Of a stretch of 64,000 nt of DNA, positions 59,131 through 64,000 are shown piece by piece (positions within the stretch are counted from its first letter, which is position 1; each line of letters starts with the position of its first letter). Below the pieces are notes generated by a model, which ran no database searches, was not told the origin of the DNA, and saw nothing but the letters and a program-made list of their open reading frames with translations. Source of the DNA: Candidatus Bathyarchaeia archaeon (lineage in GTDB: Archaea > Thermoproteota > CALKCG01 > B24); assembly GCA_038870975.1 (NCBI GenBank), contig JAVZJD010000002.1, positions 352,001-416,000 of the forward strand, read 5' to 3'. The translations under genes were made by a program, and so were the position numbers.

Positions 59131-60048
59131 TTGAGGATTATAGTTGTCGGGCATGTTTCAATGGATAAGGTTATTACGAGTAAAGGTGAGAATCGCCAGC
59201 CTGGTGGAGCAGCATTATACACGGCGGTAGCAGCTAAAACTCTCATTAGAAACGTGAACTTAGTGACCTGCGTAGGTAGAGATTACGCATACATGGATGT
59301 TCTACGCGATTTCGACCTTAAAGGGATAAAGATTTCATCTAGGCCTTCGACAAGCTTTACAATAAGGTACGATGAAGACTGGAAAGCTGAGTATTTGGAA
59401 GTTAAAATCGGGGCTGGAGTCTATATAAAACACTCTCAAATACCAGTAGATTGGCTTGGAGATGAAACTGTCCTCCACTTGGCACCCATGCCTCCTCAAA
59501 AAGTATTTAGAATGATAGATTTCATTAGGAAGTCAGGTCCTAAAACGCTAATATCGGTTAACACGTGGATTGGATACATACGTAAGAGCACTTTAAACAC
59601 TTTAAAGGAGATTGCTAGGAAGGCTGATTTCTTCGTATTGAATGAAGCTGAAGCACGTGCTTTAACAGGTTTAAAAAGCCTACCTAGAGCCGTTGCAAAG
59701 CTCGAAGCTAAAACGCTTGTAGTAACACTGGGTGAGCTTGGAGCCATAGTTAAGAGAGGCGATGATATAACGCTTGTACCGGCGTTGGCGAAACTACCAG
59801 GTGAAACAATCGACGTAACTGGCGCTGGAGACGTGTGGTGTGGGGGGTTTCTATCTGGGTATGTGCTCACTAAGGATTTAAATAAAGCCGTTGTATCGGG
59901 CTCTATACTCGCTGGTCTTAAATGTCAAGATTGGTATTTTAGGGCTCTTTTAAGGCTTAGATTCAACAGTGTTGAAAGCCTTATAAGACATATAATAAGC
60001 CTACGGGGAGATACGAGGCAACGTAAAATCACTAGCTATGTGAGTTGA
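59131..60048 (+). CDS. PfkB-family carbohydrate kinase
   Basis: PGGAALY, LNEAE, VTLGELG, DVTGAGD. Confidence 0.9.
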   Translation: MRIIVVGHVSMDKVITSKGENRQPGGAALYTAVAAKTLIRNVNLVTCVGRDYAYMDVLRDFDLKGIKISSRPSTSFTIRYDEDWKAEYLEVKIGAGVYIKHSQIPVDWLGDETVLHLAPMPPQKVFRMIDFIRKSGPKTLISVNTWIGYIRKSTLNTLKEIARKADFFVLNEAEARALTGLKSLPRAVAKLEAKTLVVTLGELGAIVKRGDDITLVPALAKLPGETIDVTGAGDVWCGGFLSGYVLTKDLNKAVVSGSILAGLKCQDWYFRALLRLRFNSVESLIRHIISLRGDTRQRKITSYVS

Positions 60049-60111
60049 CCATAGCCTTCTTACGATCTGACTTTTTGTATAACATATATTTATAGGTTGA
60101 CTTGCACTTAG

Positions 60112-61041
60112 ATGAATTATACGGTGGAATGGTTGAATTTTAGAAGGGCAGATATTGTAATAGTTGGATGCGGCCCAGCTGGAGTGCAGGCTGCGATAAC
60201 TGCCGCCAAACGTGGGATGAAAGTCCTCATACTTGGTAAGCCAAGGGGAAGCTCTTTAAACTACGCACGTATAGATGACTACTTCGGCGTACTAGGTCCG
60301 ATTGAAGGCGTTAAACTCCTTGAAGTAGGCTTAAAACAAGTCAAGTCTAGAAACGTGGAGATGGTTGAGGAAGACGTTGTAGAATTGAGTAGAGATGGCT
60401 CTATGTTTAAATTGAAGACAGAGAGTGGAGTTGAAATTGTAGCAGATGCCGTGATACTGGCTATGGGCGCTAGGAGGAATAGGTTAAACGTTAGAGGCGA
60501 AGAGAAGCTCATGGGGAAGGGTGTAAGCTACTGCGCTGAGTGTGATTGTGGGTTTTTCAGAGGATTAAACGTCGCCGTAGTCGGAGATGGAAGTGCCGCA
60601 GCCTATGCAGCGCTACTCATGACGAATTACGCTTCTAAGGTCTTTCTCATCGCGAAACGTGTAGATTTCTCCAGCCGACTGCTTGAAGAGCTTAAAAGTA
60701 AAAGTGTAACCGTGATCGAGGGCAGGAGGGTTGTTGAAATATTGGGTGAACATAGAGTGGAGGGGATTCTACTCGACGACGGGAGTAGATTGGATGTCCA
60801 TGGAGTGTTCGTAGAACTCGGCTCTAGAGGCGTTTTAGAGCTTACTTCTAGCTTAGGTTTGCTTCCAGATGCATCTGGCTATTTAAAAGTTGATAGACGT
60901 CAGGCGACGGATGTAGAGGGTATTTTCGCCTGCGGAGACTTATGTGGACCACCTTTAAGTCTAGCTAAATCTGTAGGTGAAGGCTATGTTGCAGCTGTCT
61001 CAGCGTTTGAGTACGTAAGGTCTAAGAGGGGTGGAAATTAG
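60112..61041 (+). CDS. Thioredoxin reductase-like FAD/NAD(P) oxidoreductase
   Basis: GCGPAG, GKGVSYCAECD, VVGDGSAA, ACGD. Confidence 0.85.
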   Translation: MNYTVEWLNFRRADIVIVGCGPAGVQAAITAAKRGMKVLILGKPRGSSLNYARIDDYFGVLGPIEGVKLLEVGLKQVKSRNVEMVEEDVVELSRDGSMFKLKTESGVEIVADAVILAMGARRNRLNVRGEEKLMGKGVSYCAECDCGFFRGLNVAVVGDGSAAAYAALLMTNYASKVFLIAKRVDFSSRLLEELKSKSVTVIEGRRVVEILGEHRVEGILLDDGSRLDVHGVFVELGSRGVLELTSSLGLLPDASGYLKVDRRQATDVEGIFACGDLCGPPLSLAKSVGEGYVAAVSAFEYVRSKRGGN

Positions 61042-61874
61042 TGGTTACAGTTGTTAAAGCAGATGGCACTAGTGTGCTTTTCGATAGAGAAAAGGTTTTC
61101 AAAACCTGTTTAAAATTGTGTGGCTCAACAGAGCTCGCTGAGAAAGTCTCTAAGCGTGTTGAAGAGCAGGTTTACGATGGGATATCTACACGTGAAATAC
61201 TGAGCCTCGTCTTCAGAGTAATGTCTGAGTATAAGCCAGCCATGTCCTATAGGGTTGACCTTAGGACGAGTTTAAGCTTACTGAGGTCTAAACCCGATTT
61301 TGAGAATTTCATTTCTCAGATCTTCAGAAGCCTCGGCTATGAAGTAAAGCGGAATATCATAGTTCAGGGGTTCTGTATCGAACATGAAGTAGATGCGTTG
61401 GCATCTAAGGATGGCGAGGTTGTATACATCGAGGTTAAACACCATATGAATCCGCATAAGTACGTTGATTTAGACGTTGTTGAGAAAGTGTGGGCTACAA
61501 TACTGGATATTAGAGAGGGGTTTGACAATGGTTTGAATAGTATGAGCATATCCAAACCCCTCGTTGCGACAAACACTAAGTTTACAAACCATGCATATAA
61601 ATACGCTAAATGTAGAGGTATTAATCTACTCGGCTGGAGTGTTGCAGACGGTATGGATTTGGAAAAACTCATAACGGAGTTTAAATTATACCCGGTCACC
61701 ATCCTGAAGGGATTTGACTTAAATACCTTATACAAGGTTATCGACGTAGGTTGTGTGACTGTTAAACAGTTGGCTGATTCCAATGTTTCCAAGCTTTTAG
61801 AGGCTGGTCTAACAGAGGACGAGGCAAATCTTCTAATTGAAAGAGCTAGGGAAGTGCTTAAAATCCTTCCCTAA
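61041..61874 (+). CDS. ATP-cone plus Mrr-like restriction endonuclease-fold protein
   Basis: N-terminal VVKADG..VLFDREKV ATP-cone; FE...HEVD...IEVK, ATNTKFT; HhH-like tail. Confidence 0.8.
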   Translation: MVTVVKADGTSVLFDREKVFKTCLKLCGSTELAEKVSKRVEEQVYDGISTREILSLVFRVMSEYKPAMSYRVDLRTSLSLLRSKPDFENFISQIFRSLGYEVKRNIIVQGFCIEHEVDALASKDGEVVYIEVKHHMNPHKYVDLDVVEKVWATILDIREGFDNGLNSMSISKPLVATNTKFTNHAYKYAKCRGINLLGWSVADGMDLEKLITEFKLYPVTILKGFDLNTLYKVIDVGCVTVKQLADSNVSKLLEAGLTEDEANLLIERAREVLKILP

Positions 61875-62652
61875 TTCTAAGAGATTTTAAGCCTTCAGCT
61901 ATATTCGCTATGTAATTCGGGTCTTTTATCGTAGGTTCAGCTATGCCGACCATATCAGCATCTGCGTTGAAAAGCATTATAGCGTCTTCAGCTGATCTAA
62001 CGTAGCCGCTCACCAATAGGAACAAACTACCATATCGGCTTTTAACTTCTCTAACGAATTCTACATTGGGGCGTTTAAACGCTTCATCCCTTACGTTGAA
62101 GTGCACTCCAAAAATATCCATCCCAACGATTCTATCGAGTACCGGAGTATAGTCCGGTATTACACCAGCTCTAAACTTTACAATCGTCGGAATATCTAGT
62201 TCTGAAAAGCCTTTAAGCCAGTTGAATAATTCACTTCTATTCTCAGGTAGAACCATGGCTCTGAGCTTACCTTGCTCCAGGTAACGTCTATAACCTCCGT
62301 GAACGTTAAGCTCTACTAGGTCCCCGCCGACTTCTCTGAAGCATTCGGCAGCTTCAAGCCCCCATTCGAGTTTTAAGGTTGCTAAGTTTAAGCAGACGAG
62401 TACATTGAGTTTTCTTTTGACTTTTTCAACTTCTTCGGCTAAAAACTCAACGCATTGTCTCTTATCGGGTGGGAGGATTAAACCGGGTTCTAAAACACCG
62501 TACATGGGTGGTTCAGCTAAGTATGCTCCGAGTTGAACCATAGCTCCGCCTGCTCCTCTCTCTGCGCAGAACTCTCCATTAGTAATTCCCATCATAGATG
62601 AGAGGAAGAGACAGCCTTTAAGTCTATTACGTAGACTTTCCAACGGCTTCAC
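61858..62652 (-). CDS. Dus-like FMN TIM-barrel protein (MJ0144-like)
   Basis: LSSMMGITNG, ELNVH, IVKFRA, ADMVGIA. Confidence 0.62.
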   Translation of the reverse strand: MKPLESLRNRLKGCLFLSSMMGITNGEFCAERGAGGAMVQLGAYLAEPPMYGVLEPGLILPPDKRQCVEFLAEEVEKVKRKLNVLVCLNLATLKLEWGLEAAECFREVGGDLVELNVHGGYRRYLEQGKLRAMVLPENRSELFNWLKGFSELDIPTIVKFRAGVIPDYTPVLDRIVGMDIFGVHFNVRDEAFKRPNVEFVREVKSRYGSLFLLVSGYVRSAEDAIMLFNADADMVGIAEPTIKDPNYIANIAEGLKSLRIREGF

Positions 62653-62689
62653 CGCTTAAAATTGGAGAATCCCAAAATATAACGTTATT

Positions 62690-63523
62690 CTAAGGCTTGA
62701 ACCTCCTACGTCTGATGTACTCCGCTGCTCCAATGGCTACGCAGTAGTCGTAGTTTTCCGGAACCATTACAGAGACTTTGAATAGCCTACATACCTCGCT
62801 AATGCGTTCAAATATCAGCTTACTTCCAGCAAGCCTACCTACGAGGACTACGTCTTTCTCTAGACCGTAGGCTTTAGCAGCTAGGCTTACAACGACGCCT
62901 ATGACTTCTCCAACGAGGTTAAAAATACCAGCTGCTAAATCCTTCTCCTCGGCTTCTTCACTTATATTTCCGAAGTTTGACGCAGTGGCTTCAGCTGGGA
63001 TTATTCCTACCGACCTACCGGCTATATCTCCAACTGTTAGATCTACTTTTCGAAGGTCGCCCTTGGAAGCTAATTCCTCTAAGACTTCGAAGTTTTGTCT
63101 TCTAATTATTAGTTGTGCTAAGCCTCTAATCGTCCCACCTCCTACGCCAGTTCCACCGATGTGTTGTATAGTGCTATTCCTATGTGCTACAACTAGAGCT
63201 GTACCTGTTCCTAGACTTGCTACTAAGGCTCTATCTCTACCTGAGAGCGTCAACCCGCCTATACCTATGGCTTCGATTTCATCTACTTCAGCCACTGGAA
63301 TATCCAGTACACTTTTTCCTAGGAATCTAGCACCTGCTCCTGAGACGGCTAAAACTTCGACTTCTCTAAGTGGTCTCTCTACTTGAGAGAGAAGTTTTCC
63401 CAGTGCTCCTGAGACGGCTGCAACCGGTTCTGTTGTTAAAACCGTACATAGACCGATTACATTAGATCCTTCTAGAGCTACAGCCTTAGTGAAGCTTCCA
63501 CCTACGTCAACACCTACTATCAA
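62690..63523 (-). CDS. Type II pantothenate kinase-like ASKHA kinase
   Basis: VDVGGSFTK, EIEAIGIG, SLGTGT, GGTGVGGGT, GDLRKVDLTVGDI, ASNFG. Confidence 0.78.
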   Translation of the reverse strand: MIVGVDVGGSFTKAVALEGSNVIGLCTVLTTEPVAAVSGALGKLLSQVERPLREVEVLAVSGAGARFLGKSVLDIPVAEVDEIEAIGIGGLTLSGRDRALVASLGTGTALVVAHRNSTIQHIGGTGVGGGTIRGLAQLIIRRQNFEVLEELASKGDLRKVDLTVGDIAGRSVGIIPAEATASNFGNISEEAEEKDLAAGIFNLVGEVIGVVVSLAAKAYGLEKDVVLVGRLAGSKLIFERISEVCRLFKVSVMVPENYDYCVAIGAAEYIRRRRFKP

Positions 63524-63642
63524 AATACATCCTCCCTTCTAAGTTGTCTGCAATCCTCATAGATGATTACTTTAATATCTTTAGAGCCATTAAAGTTTTA
63601 TTGAAATACGTTTAACTACTTCTAAGTCTAACATAGGTCTTT

Positions 63643-64000
63643 GTGAAGCTTAGAGACCTTAGCGCTACAGTTGTAAACGCGGCTCTATACGCATCTCTAG
63701 GATATTTAACGTATTTAGGCGTCTTCACGCCTGTAATAGGCGTTGTAAGGTTTTGGCCTTCAGTCATAGTTCCAGGGTTTTTCTCCGTAGTTTATGGGCC
63801 CTTGGTGGGTGGGCTAGGTGCCGCCATAGGGATATTTATAAGCGATATGATGATACACGGCAATGCCCTTTTGAGTCTTTTAGTCGGCGTTCCTGCAAAC
63901 TTCCTCGGTTTCTACGTTATGGGTCTCTTGGCGAGGAGGAAAACTGGGAAAACTCACGTTTACTATTCAATTGCCTTTCTCATGTTGATAGTTGTTTTGA
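63643..64000 (+). CDS. ECF transporter S component, partial
   Basis: Manual translation from GTG: MKLRDLSATVVNAALYASLG...VRFWPSVIVPG...YGPLVGGLGAAIGIFISD; runs off the window. Confidence 0.75.
   Translation, partial: MKLRDLSATVVNAALYASLGYLTYLGVFTPVIGVVRFWPSVIVPGFFSVVYGPLVGGLGAAIGIFISDMMIHGNALLSLLVGVPANFLGFYVMGLLARRKTGKTHVYYSIAFLMLIVVL

Noticed and set aside
151-63386. Numerous 60-170 aa track ORFs antisense to or nested within the called genes
   Set aside because: Shadow ORFs overlapping well-supported genes, with no motifs of their own
1-64000. tRNA, rRNA, transposase, integrase or CRISPR array
   Set aside because: None recognised by eye; a covariance-model scan (tRNAscan-SE, Infernal/Rfam) would be needed to exclude small RNAs

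Overview
Gene-dense archaeal chromosomal window, probably from a TACK-type archaeon. Lineage is inferred from eS30, eS1, Pcc1, DUF359, ABCE1, frequent TTG/GTG starts and GGAGGTG-type ribosome-binding sites. It contains: an ABC importer; pyrD/pyrK; the lower archaeal mevalonate/isoprenoid pathway split over two divergent operons together with aroC/pheA; an amino-sugar catabolic block (divergent NagA, a probable catalytically dead aldolase, an aldolase-polyferredoxin fusion, a W/Mo aldehyde:ferredoxin oxidoreductase and an FGGY kinase); translation genes; a dTDP-sugar/glycosyltransferase island; a DUF134/NifX cluster; URO-D-like and ADP-ribosylglycohydrolase genes; MgtA with an extra C-terminal domain; and a type II PanK-like gene facing an ECF S component. 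I found no rRNA, tRNA, CRISPR array or intact mobile element. The best leads are the pseudo-aldolase / aldolase-ferredoxin / AOR operon, an unannotated 50-aa Glu/Trp peptide directly upstream of ABCE1, and a LysW-like protein + 19-aa Lys-rich micropeptide + Cas2/PaaX-like gene ahead of a winged-helix-fused MgtA. All functional calls come from motif recognition by eye, not database searches.
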